DNA from: Vitrella brassicaformis CCMP3155
Taxonomy: Eukaryota > Protista > Chromerida
Length of the DNA stretch: 64,000 nt
Reading direction: 5' to 3'
Assembly (NCBI GenBank): GCA_001179505.1
Contig: CDMY01000359.1
Span: 1 to 64,000, forward strand
The translations under genes were made by a program, and so were the position numbers. The notes below the pieces were generated by a model that had not been told where the DNA came from, searched no databases, and was given only the letters and a program-made list of their open reading frames with translations. Numbering within the stretch: the stretch's first letter is position 1; every line of letters begins with the position of its first letter. Shown here piece after piece: positions 50,020-60,439 of the stretch.

Positions 50020-51540
50020 ATGGATGACTAAGTAGTCTGCCGAATTCACCTGCAAGCGTACGTCTTGGTGGTTGTCGGGCGGGTGTCGGGCCTGTGGTGT
50101 GTTCACTGCAGGCAGTGGTCTCACTTGGCGTGTCTCGTGTGCTGATCTGTCACACCTTCAAGAAAGTCGTAGGCGGAAATGTCCGACTCGTCCCCCCATC
50201 CGTCGACCCGTCGGACATATGCCACTCGCCCACTCTGCAGGCTGCCGTCCTCAGGCAGGGTCTGGTGTTTGGCAAATGAGTGGAAGTGCAACCCATGTCT
50301 CTCATGTCCATCTCTGTCTCATCTCCTTACGGCGTCTTCTCCTTCGTGTGTCTCCGATTGCACACGGTGGCGATGCTCACTCAGCTGCTCCTCTGACCTG
50401 GCCATCAACGACTGCAAGCACCGGGAGCCAAACAAAGGGATGTATGACGTACTTTGGCAGTCGAAATGAATACCTACCTGCTGCTGGCTGATGAGTGTCT
50501 GAAGCCTGAGCACCTCCTCCTCGCTCTCCTTTAACCGTCCTTCTAACCATGCGATACTTTGGCGCAGCGCTGCGGGGCGGGGAAGGGAAGGAGACGAGGG
50601 GACGGCTCGTGTGAGGGTTATCGGCCATGATTTGTCTGTCTGGCCTCTTGCCTACCTGCTATCTCCCTGCTCTCCTCAATGCTCTCCTCAGTGCCCTGTC
50701 CGCCCCCAGCCGCAGCCGCCCGACCGATCTCGCGCAGCTTGCTGATGGTGTCCTCAACCGACGCACTCAGCTCCAGGCTATGGCCACCAGCAGACGCGCC
50801 CGCCAGTCCGCTCAGCCGTGCGTCCCTCTCCGGCAGCGGCCTCGATGGCGGCACTGGTGAGAGGATGGGCCGGTTGTCGTACCAGTGCTGCCGTGGGGAG
50901 GGCAGCTGCGAGTCGGTCATGGGCGTTGTCTGGCTCGGAGGGGTCAACTCAGAATGAAAATCAGAATCCTGACCGACCAACACGGACACAGGAGATGTCT
51001 GTCTGTCTGTCTGTCAACACACCCATTCGCGCACCTCCCCACCGTCGTCAGATCGGTGATCCAGGCCGCTACGCCAGTCGGCGGCCCCTCACCCGCCCCT
51101 GCCAGCAGCCCGTGGAGGCCGTCGTCCACCACATCCCGCTGGTATGAAACAGAAGATGCTTCCAACGCCGGTTGCTCTTGCTCCTTCCACTCTCGTCTCA
51201 CCTCGAGCTGTTTGAGGTCATGTTTGATCTTTCGACGCTCTCTGTCCATCTCTTGTTGGGCTTCCTCGTACTCGTTCATGGCTGCCCTCTCCCTCATGGA
51301 AAGCTGGTGCACCTTCTCTGCCAGCTCAGCATCGTCGATCGCCCCCCTCTTGTGGTCCTCGAAGGCCTTTTCTATTCGATGGCGTAAGGGGCGCATCTCG
51401 GCGGCGTACTTGGCCTCGCTGTACCGCTGGTGCTCTTCAAGGTATTCCATGGTCGCGATGGCGTGAAGGTGGCACTTCTGAACGTTTGACGACGGAAAGG
51501 CATCGTCATCGTCGTCCTCAAAATGACTGCGGAGAGAGAG
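50020..51540 (-). CDS. Coiled-coil and charged exon set upstream of the nucleotidyltransferase; inverted paralogue of 28544-31110
   Basis: HFEDDDDDAFPSSNVQKCHLHAIATMEYLEEHQRYSEAKY...; GGQGTEE..QTNHGR; SIAWLEGRLKESEEEVLRLQTLISQQQ; GWGDESDISAYDF. Confidence 0.5.
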
Positions 51541-51648
51541 AGATAGATACACACATGAAGACAGGAACAATAGCTGTCTTGTATGGTTGGTGCCTCTCGT
51601 TTCTTGCGTTTCTTTCTCTAGTTCGTGACTCAGTCGTGACTCAGTCTG

Positions 51649-51799
51649 CATCGCCGTCCTCGGCTCTGTCGTAGTCGTTGAGCGACACCGACAAGTGGAC
51701 GTCGCTCTCGCACAAAGCCAGCTTGTATGCAGCTGAGCCAAACAGCGGGGCGTTGGTCTCAAGGAGCTGGTGCACGGCTTTTCAAAGCCGCCGCGTCAT
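51649..51799 (-). pseudogene. Dead nucleotidyltransferase exon-1 fragment, copy 1
   Basis: MTRRL*KAVHQLLETNAPLFGSAAYKLALCESDVHL: CGA>TGA nonsense at 51782-51784 and catalytic DxD>DxH. Confidence 0.75.
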
Positions 51800-52549
51800 G
51801 GCGACCAACGGATACAGAGCAGGCGAATGTCAACACAGCCGGCAGATATAAAAAGTAGGCAGCGATCCTGTTGGGAGAGGTGCGGAGGGAGGAGGAAGCA
51901 TGGTGGGCGACTCTGATCATTAGACATGCAGAAAACGTTTGTGAAGAGATTTGTATCTGCAGATGTTGTAATCGGACGTACTTGATCATGCGATACTTTG
52001 GCGCAGCGCTGCGGGGCGGGGAAGGGAAGGAGACGAGGGGACGGCTCGTGTGAGGGTTATCGGCCATGATTTGTCTGTCTGGCCTCTTGCCTACCTGCTA
52101 TCTCCCTGCTCTCCTCAATGCTCTCCTCAGTGCCCTGTCCGCCCCCAGCCGCAGCCGCCCGACCGATCTCGCGCAGCTTGCTGATGGTGTCCTCAACCGA
52201 CGCACTCAGCTCCAGGCTATGGCCACCAGCAGACGCGCCCGCCAGTCCGNNNNNNNNNNNNNNNNNNNNNNNNNNNNNNNNNNNNNNNNNNNNNNNNNNN
52301 NNNNNNNNNNNNNNNNNNNNNNNNNNNNNNNNNNNNNNNNNNNNNNNNNNNNNNNNNNNNNNNNNNNNNNNNNNNNNNNNNNNNNNNNNNNNNNNNNNNN
52401 NNNNNNNNNNNNNNNNNNNNNNNNNNNNNNNNNNNNNNNNNNNNNNNNNNNNNNNNNNNNNNNNNNNNNNNNNNNNNNNNNNNNNNNNNNNNNNNNNNNN
52501 NNNNNNNNNNNNNNNNNNNNNNNNNNNNNNNNNNNNNNNNNNNNNNNNN

Positions 52550-52700
52550 CATCGCCGTCCTCGGCTCTGTCGTAGTCGTTGAGCGACACCGACAAGTGGA
52601 CGTCGCTCTCGCACAAAGCCAGCTTGTATGCAGCTGAGCCAAACAGCGGGGCGTTGGTCTCAAGGAGCTGGTGCACGGCTTTTCAAAGCCGCCGCGTCAT
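52550..52700 (-). pseudogene. Dead nucleotidyltransferase exon-1 fragment, copy 2
   Basis: Identical by eye to 51649-51799. Lies next to gap 52250-52549, so it may be an assembly duplicate. Confidence 0.6.
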
Positions 52701-52879
52701 GGCGACCAACGGATACAGAGCAGGCGAATGTCAACACAGCCGGCAGATATAAAAAGTAGGCAGCGATCCTGTTGGGAGAGGTGCGGAGGGAGGAGGAAGC
52801 ATGGTGGGCGACTCTGATCATTAGACATGCAGAAAACGTTTGTGAAGAGATTTGTATCTGCAGATGTTGTAATCGGACG

Positions 52880-53640
52880 TACTTGATCTTTTCTTGGGCG
52901 GCTTTGGCCGCTTGACTGTCGGGGGTGGGCCAAATGTCCCGTCAATGGGACGGCGGGGCAGGCCGACGAGGAACGTTAGGCGCCATCATGGGAGCGGGGT
53001 CTCGCCGTCCAGCATCTTTCGCTTGGACGGTAGCTGCTTCTTGGCTGAGAGACACACATAAGCAGACAGTGAATGACTCATGGCCAGACGCAACGCTGCC
53101 TGCACGCATCCTCTTAGAATACCGGGCGTCTTCTCGGGCACCGGTGGCAGAATGGGCTTCTTGTCCCGAGAAGCCACCCTGAAGCGGCTCCCTGTCGCCT
53201 GGTGGAGGTGCTTGTTGCGTGCTTTCTCACGCAGGCGCTCCTGGAACGTCTTGCCCTTGGCCGCAAACTGAAAGCGCACCAGGACACCATCGAAAGTCAA
53301 AAGCTTTCAACATAACGGTGGCGTTGACGGTGCAGCTCACCTCCTGCATGAACTGGCCCACTCTCCTAGTCACCTCGAGCATCTCCGCCAGCAGCCTCTC
53401 ATCGGGGTCCTCGAGCACCAGGGCGCCGCTGGAGTTGCTGCGTCGGGGCAGCAGACGTGCGGGCAGCGTTCGGCAGCCCTCTGTTGCCGCCGGCTGGTGC
53501 TCCTCCTCGCTCGCCGTCTCCTCCTCTCCCTCGCCGGCCGTCTCCCCTTCCTCGGGCTCCTCCTTGATGACCTCCTCGTCAAGGTCAAATTGGTCGCGCA
53601 TGTCGACTTCGACAACGGCCTCTGAGTCGCTCATCATGTT
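52880..53640 (-). CDS. Family Y copy 3
   Basis: MMSDSEAVVEVDMRDQFDLDEEVIKEE...LLAEMLEVTRRVGQFMQE / FAAKGKTFQERLRE...LPPVPEKTP / AKKQLPSKRKMLDGETP. Confidence 0.55.
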
Positions 53641-53699
53641 GGCGCTCCTTGTCAAGCGCTTTCTCTGATCCCCAGAAATGCAGAAAACGGTTGCGAAGA

Positions 53700-54850
53700 T
53701 ATTTGTATCTGCAGATGTTGTAATCGGACGTACTGGATCTCTTCTTGGGAGGATTTGGGCGTGGGCCAAACGTCCTGTCAATGGGGCGGCGGGGGATGCC
53801 GACGAGGAAGGGTGGGCGCCATCCTGGGAGCGGGGTCTTACCGTCCAGCATCTTCTGCTTTGACGGTATCTGCTTCTTCGCTGAGAGACACACATAAGCA
53901 GACAGTGAATGTGTGATGGCCAGAGACACCGCAGCGGTCTGCACCCATTCTCTCGGCATACCTCCGAAATCTTGCTTCCTCCCCGAATTTGTGCACATAT
54001 TCTGCGCCTACATAAGCCGCCGCACATTCTTGTGATTTTGTTGATCGTCTCGCCTCCCCGGCCGAGTATCAGCCCCCTCTCGGTCTGATGCAGGAATGAA
54101 AGCGCCACACACACATGCGTGGACGTATATCTCAGCCATGAGTGTGTATTTGCTCATCACTGGCGAGTTCATCTCGAATTTCTCGCGGATGAGCTTGCCG
54201 GGCCTTGGCGGGTTTGCCGGCAGATGGCCGATGACTTCATCGATGCTCTGGCCCGCCGCCAGGGACTTGAGGGTGCGATCGAACTCGTGCATCATCCGGG
54301 CGCGCATCTGAACAGGAGCATCAGAGGCAGAGACATGTGTGTGTGCATGCATCTGCGGCTCCATGCAATCGTCTGTATACCTGCGGCTTCACCGTGTACA
54401 TGCTGTCGGTCTCTATCGGGTCCTCGACCCACATGTCCTGAAGAGGCAGGGGAACTTCTCGCGTCAAAGCAAGCCTTTTGTCCATTCATTTTGTTGCTGG
54501 GTACCTCGGGGTGGTCAGCATAGTCCGTCTCCCTATCGTCGGCCCTCTGTGATGTCTGCAGGCGCACATGCCACATGCCGTGATGTGGTATCCCCTCTCT
54601 CCTTCTCATGTTACTTACGGTGGCGCTGTCTGTGTTGATGTATTTTCTCTGTCGTCGGTGTCGCTGCAGGTATTCTGCTTTGGTGACGACGTCGGGGGCC
54701 AGGCGGATGGCGACGACGTATTTGCGGACATCGAGCTGCTCCTTGTAGAAACTAAACAAGATAGAATCAAAGGAGAGAAGGTACACAAGCAGGGTTTTTG
54801 GCTGTGTCTCCATCCCTCCCTCCCTGTCTATCTCCCTGTGTGTGCGTATA
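53700..54850 (-). CDS. KH-like domain exons followed by a Y-family terminal exon
   Basis: Exon 54307-54125 (...GKLIREKFEMNSPVMSKYTLMAEIY), a ~40-nt intron, then TERGLILGRGGETINKITRMCG...AQIRG: GxxG loop and helix pattern of type-I KH domains. The next intron and exon are Y-type. Confidence 0.5.
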
Positions 54851-55009
54851 TATGAGGCCTACTCACCTGAAAAACTCATACAAGAGCTGGGGCAGCTCGA
54901 GATTCGCGCCGTTGGCGGCGTAGGGGTTTACCCGTCGCCTGTCACACACACACATAAAAGAGCTCGATAAGTATCTCAGGGAATCTCCTGTCTGCGGCTC
55001 AATTCACCT

Positions 55010-55950
55010 GAAGTTCCTTCTTCTCTCCAGCTCCTGTCTCGCCTCCTTGGGTGGAGGGAATTGGGGCTGCCGCTCATCATTCGCTCTCCCTGATCACACA
55101 CATGACACAATTGTGACGAGAATGGCCCTGCAGATCTCGTCATCGGACACACTGGAGCTCTTTTCGTAGGGGCTTGAAGGTGGGAGGCGGGCCAAATGTT
55201 CCGTCCAGGGGGCGGCGGGCGACACCCACTAGGAACGGCTTCGGGGCAGGTGGCCTCGCTCCCGGCAGCAGCGTCCCGTCCAGCATCGCCTTCCTTGCGG
55301 GCACGGGCTTCTCGGCTGAGAGAGACGCAGAGACAGGCACACGGCTTGTCTTTCGAGGTATCCTCTCAGCGCACCTCTTGTCTGCTCCGGCACCGACGGC
55401 AGCTTGGGCTTGGGCTTGCTGTAGCCGCTGCCGGCGACCTTCCTTAGGTGTCGGTGCTCACTCTCCCGCAGCCGCTCCTGGAACGTCTTTGACTTGTTTT
55501 TGAACTGAGAAGCCAACCAGGATACCATTCGAAAGTTGAGAGCTTCCAATCGAATGGCGCATTGTGGGTGCAGCTGACCTGCTGCCTGAGCCGCTCGCGC
55601 CGTTGGTTTGTTGCAGCGATCTCCCTCAAGGCCCGCTGGAATGGCGTCTCCTGGCAGTCGGCCCCCTCCTCTCCCTCGTCTGCCGCCTCCTCGGCAACGA
55701 GCTCGACAGCCGACGCCATCTCCTCGGCAACGTCGACAGCCGTGTCCTCCGCCGCCGTCTCCCCGACCACCCCTCCTGTCCCTCGGCTGCCGTCTCCTTG
55801 ACGGTCTCCTCCTCTTCCTCGGCAGCTGTGTCGTCAGAGGGCTGAGCCCCTTAAGCTTCTTTCAGGGTCTCTTCGTCGAGGTCGAACTCGTCGCGCAGGT
55901 CGAGGGCCTCCGAGTCGCTCGTTTCAATCTCGTGGGTCCTGGGGCTTCCA
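55010..55950 (-). pseudogene. Family X copy 6, in-frame TAA within the acidic exon
   Basis: SDSEALDLRDEFDLDEETLKEA*GAQPSDDTAAEEE... (stop at 55851-55853), then FKNKSKTFQERLRES... and AEKPVPARKAMLDGTLLPG. Could be functional if it starts downstream of the stop. Confidence 0.5.
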
Positions 55951-57024
55951 TGGATCCAAGCCGCGCACATCCCAGCCAAGGGATGGAGCTGTTGCGGAGG
56001 ACCGTGCAGCTGGCGTGCAGCCGCCTTCTCGGGCACCAGCTCGTCATGGGCGAGAGAGGCCAGACTGTCCTGCGCCGTTGCCGACGCTTCCTCTGCCGCG
56101 TCCTTCGCTGCGTGCCGCTGCTCCCAGCGGCACTGTCGGCATGGTGCTATGGGCATGGTGCGTCGCATCGTTTGCCTGCCGGAGGACTACCCTCCGACTA
56201 AGTCCTTCGCGCTCCTCCGCATTCTGCGAAGGACCGAGGAGGAGAAAGTGGAAACCACGAGCCTTGAAGAACGTCGGAATCGAAAGAGGTATAAAGGGGC
56301 CTTTTCGCGTTTTGTTAGCCTCAGTCTTTTTGGGCCCGTCTCCCCGTCTCCGGTCGAGAATCGCTTTTTGTGGACGCTACTGCTGCTGCTGTGTCACTCG
56401 GCCATCGGCCACCCAACGTCCTCAAATGTCCTCACCCTCGATGAATGCACCACGACAACAGACGGTACAACAGACAGACAACAGCCGACGGACAGACTCT
56501 GCTCATGAGGCAAGAATGTCACTATGGTGCCGCCTTCCACCAGCAGGGGAGGGATGTGAGGTGGGGAGGAGGAGGGAACGACCACGTGGTGTCCCTTCCG
56601 AGCGCGTCATGGCACTGATTTTGCAGTGTTTCTTTTCTCTCTGTCCAGCAATCGTGAACATTGAAGAAACTTTAAGGTCCACTTGCAATGAAACGAAAAA
56701 GGACGACAGCAATCTCCCCTGTCTTCTCACCCACACACACGCCATCCGTCACCTACTGGCAGTCGTCGCGGTCCTAATGAGGCTGCCGAGCTGCATCAGC
56801 CGCCAGAGGAGCAAGTGAAGAAAGACAGTGAACATGGGGAACGTCCTTGGAAGAAGGATGCAGGTGAGGAGCGGAAAATGAGAGGGGCGACATGGGCGAG
56901 TGCGAGAAGATGGAGACGGACAGGGGAATCCGCGAACGGTGCCAAAACTGTGGGGAGACATATATGCCAGCCAGGCAGCGATGATGTGCATGCTCGAGCT
57001 CCTTCTACATGGGCTGTTGGCTGC

Positions 57025-57549
57025 TTACGTAAAGTAGTGGTTTATCTCCGCTCTGACCAGCTGCTGTGCTCGCGCAGAAGGGGCCTGCATTCCCCACAAG
57101 GACACGCAGCATTTGCGGTCCATGGTATGTCCTGCCGCCTCTCTTTCAATCCGCACCTGCTGTTTGAACCGAGAGCGCTGCCCCACTGGCGGCAGGGGGT
57201 CTCGCCCACTGTCACTTGACCTTCTTGACTCGTTTTCATGTCCACCGCTCGAAGGCAGACGGTCGCTTTGTCGCCTTGCTTCCCATCTCCGATAGTAGGC
57301 CTCATCATACACTTGGCCGTAAGAGGGCCGTCTGGCGTTGTGGAAGAACCACACGCTGTCGTGCTCTCCTTGATAGTCGACCCCTGGCAAGCGCAGGAGG
57401 GGCAGGGGGCCTCTCTCGTGGTCTCGATGGTAGAAGACTTCATATACTCTGTCGGGCGCGAGTGGCGTGGGGGAGTGGCTGAAGTACCACGACGCGTCAT
57501 ACTCGCCAGCGAAATCGATGTCACGCACACTGTGCTGACGGGGGGGCAT
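57025..57549 (-). CDS. Hypothetical protein with two tandem ~35-aa aromatic-rich repeats
   Basis: RDIDFAGEYDASWYFSHSPTPLAPDRVYEVFYHR and PGVDYQGEHDSVWFFHNARRPSYGQVYDEAYYRR. May continue in downstream exons. Confidence 0.55.
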   Translation of the reverse strand: MPPRQHSVRDIDFAGEYDASWYFSHSPTPLAPDRVYEVFYHRDHERGPLPLLRLPGVDYQGEHDSVWFFHNARRPSYGQVYDEAYYRRWEARRQSDRLPSSGGHENESRRSSDSGRDPLPPVGQRSRFKQQVRIEREAAGHTMDRKCCVSLWGMQAPSARAQQLVRAEINHYFT

Positions 57550-57725
57550 CACCAGGACACCAACGATAAGGCGCAAACGCGAAAGACACGAGATTCTCCA
57601 GCCTGATTTCTGAGATCGAAGACGAAATGTGATCGCGCGGGACGCATCATTCATTGCGAGGGTTTTTCTTAGCAAGCCCCACCTCTTTGTCTGCCTGCTC
57701 TTCAATCGGGGACGCCGGCAGCATC

Positions 57726-58048
57726 ATGACGAAAGAGGTCAGCAATACTCAGGAGCAGCCCCGCGGCAGCGGTTGGAACAGCAAGGGCAACAAATGGACG
57801 GACCTCGGCAGTGGTGCCTACCACTATTCGAACTATGACGGCGGCGCGAACAAGTAAGGGGGACCCACGGATCTCTCTACTTCCAAACGACCGTTTTTTG
57901 CCTGCACGTGTTCAGTTCGTTCTACTACAAACACCAGGACGGCTCGTCTTACTACGGCAAAGTGGTGGAGGGGAAGCATGTGAGCGGAGTGTACACGTCG
58001 CCGAAGGGAGTGCGCAAGACATACGGCCCCTACAGCCGCCAGAAGTGA
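57726..58048 (+). CDS. 86-aa Gly/Ser/Tyr/Asn-rich small protein (2 exons)
   Basis: ATG 57726, intron 57854-57915 (GTAAG...TTCAG), TGA 58046-58048. In-frame product MTKEVSNTQEQPRGSGWNSKGNKWTDLGSGAYHYSNYDGGANNSFYYKHQDGSSYYGKVVEGKHVSGVYTSPKGVRKTYGPYSRQK. Confidence 0.8.
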
Positions 58049-60439
58049 GAGCTGGGGAGAGAGACCAAAGAGGGGGTTGCACGTGGAAAGACACTGCGTA
58101 CTGCGCAAGACACATGACAGACTCTGGCTCGTTAGCAATGAACCGCATTGCAAGCTGTTGTTTGGTGGGTGGCTTTGGCTCACACGTAGAGATGCCCTAA
58201 CGCATAAAGAGAATGGCCGCCAGTAATCACCACCATAATCATGATACAAAACGCATGAATGAGAGTGAGTCAATGCAGAGGTCAATTTTCGCCCACACCG
58301 GGCGAACTAGTCGTCACACACACGCAGGCAGACAGGCAGGCAGGCAGGCAGAGGGAGGGAGGGAGGGAGGGAGAAGGCCCCCATGCACACACACATACAG
58401 AGCATAGAACAACACAACACAACACCTCTCACACATTCGCTGCCATTCGCCCATCCATCCATCCATCCATGATGATCCATCCATATTTCCTGTCTGTCTG
58501 TCTGTCTGTCACGTTTCTGACATTACAAGAGTCCATCCACGTGCTGTCGATGGTTGCAATGCCACGCGAGGACAGATACATACACACCTCTGTCTGTCTG
58601 TCTGTCTGTCTAACTGTGAATGGCAGCAGGTGAGTGCCGTCATGGTCAGCGACGCAGGCTGCCCATCCATCCCTTCTGTCTCTGCCCGCTCATGTGCCGC
58701 TTGTGTCACGCTCGTGTGCCTTCGCAACTCAGTAGTGCGACCAGCCAGCCAGCCACATCTCTTATCGGTATCACTGACCTGTCCGAGCTCAAAGGCCTCG
58801 AGCACTCACGCAGTGACGACACACGGTTGCGCGACAGCGATTCTACCAACACACACACACACAAATCCCCCGCGCGCGAATTACAATTAGCCAGCCATCC
58901 ATCCACCCATGGATGCGTTGGGAAGCCAAGTGAGTGAATGAGTGTAGTGGTCACACGTTACTAACCGACTGGCACGCACGGAAAGCCACGCCGCCCTTCG
59001 TCACCACCCCTACCAACACACAACAGCAACACAGATCACCCCCCTCCCTCCCTCCCTCCCCCCTGTCCCTTATCGTGGATAAAAAAGGCGCATGGCATGG
59101 ATGGCATGGATGGCAGGAAGTATCGCGATGGAGGTTGGTGCGGTGCGATGGTGCAAATGCTGTATGTAGGCACATACATACACAAACATGCATAGATGCA
59201 TCCACCCCATGTACCTATCTCTGAGCAATGGGTGACGTCAAGCGAGCGCCTTTTGGCGGCTCCGTCCGTCCATTCCATCTACGCTTTCCTGGCCCATCCG
59301 ACTTCCTGCATACATCCTGTGCAGCTGAGTGAGGCCCGTTTGCCGCGACTGGCTGACCGTGTCCGTGTATCTGTGTGTGTGTGTGTGTATATTGTGAGTG
59401 TGTGAAAATCATTGGTTCAAAAATCACAAGCCCTACAGTATCGTCCCTAGCGCCGTCCCCCACTCACCCCCCCAGTGTCCGTCGTCTGTCTCAAATAGTT
59501 TGTGTGGAAAGCAAGTGTGCCGTGTGCAGTGCAAAGGGAAAAAAGACCCATGGCAATGGTATGTTGTGTGTGTCTGTGTATGTCTGTGCTTCAGTCTGTC
59601 TGCCGGTAGGTATAAAGAAATACACACGAAACAAAAAAGACCACACACACACGGCGCGGAGACGGGCAGAGCAGGCGGGCATGGCATATACATACATGTG
59701 TATAGAGTATGGAGTATAGAGAATTGCCGGTCGGCCGCCTCGTACCCACCTTCCTACCAACAGTCTACGATGGTACGCAAGCAATCGTACGCAAGCGATA
59801 GTAATCAGACAGTAATCAGACAGTCGGCCGATTCGATAAGGGGAGAAAACCTGAGGGTCAGCTTGTCGTCACCATGGTCAGTCAGTCTTTCTCAGGCACG
59901 CAGATAGGTAAAACAGATACTGCAATCACGTGTCTCGGTCGGTCGTCGATTCGGGGGTGTGTCGCTACGCGTTTGCGAGGGCTGAAGAGGAGGACACGGA
60001 GCATATGGGCTGCATTGAAGGCATGCTGCCCACACGCTCCAACTCCTCATCGTCACCCTCCACAGACACGCAGCGGCCGCCCACACCCGCCAGCCAGCAC
60101 TAATTCAGGCAGATTGATTGCTGTGTGTCCATGCAGCCCAAAATCAACACAGGTACCGCTTCCTCTCTCCTTGTCTGTCACACACACATAGATCACATCA
60201 CTAGAGGCAACGCCGCACGCACATTCAGACAGTCGAATACGATACGATACGAGAAGACTTTATCCATCTACGCCACCCCACGTCCGTCCAGACGTCATGC
60301 ATACCACACCATCCATCCCCTCCGCTCGCCTTCGTACCTACGACAAACTTACACACCACCACATCACAGACATACATCCGTGGATCAAGCGGCCAGCGAT
60401 ACAACGAACACCTGCAGGAAGGCAGGCCGGCCGGCCGCC

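Noticed and set aside
1791-52549. Seven N-runs (1791-2090, 5900-6199, 17395-17694, 20260-20559, 22314-22613, 25356-25655, 52250-52549)
   Set aside because: All are exactly 300 N, so they are placeholder gaps of unknown size. ORFs in the track that span them are artefacts, and near-identical duplicates next to gaps (X1/X3, 51.6/52.6 kb) may be partly assembly redundancy.
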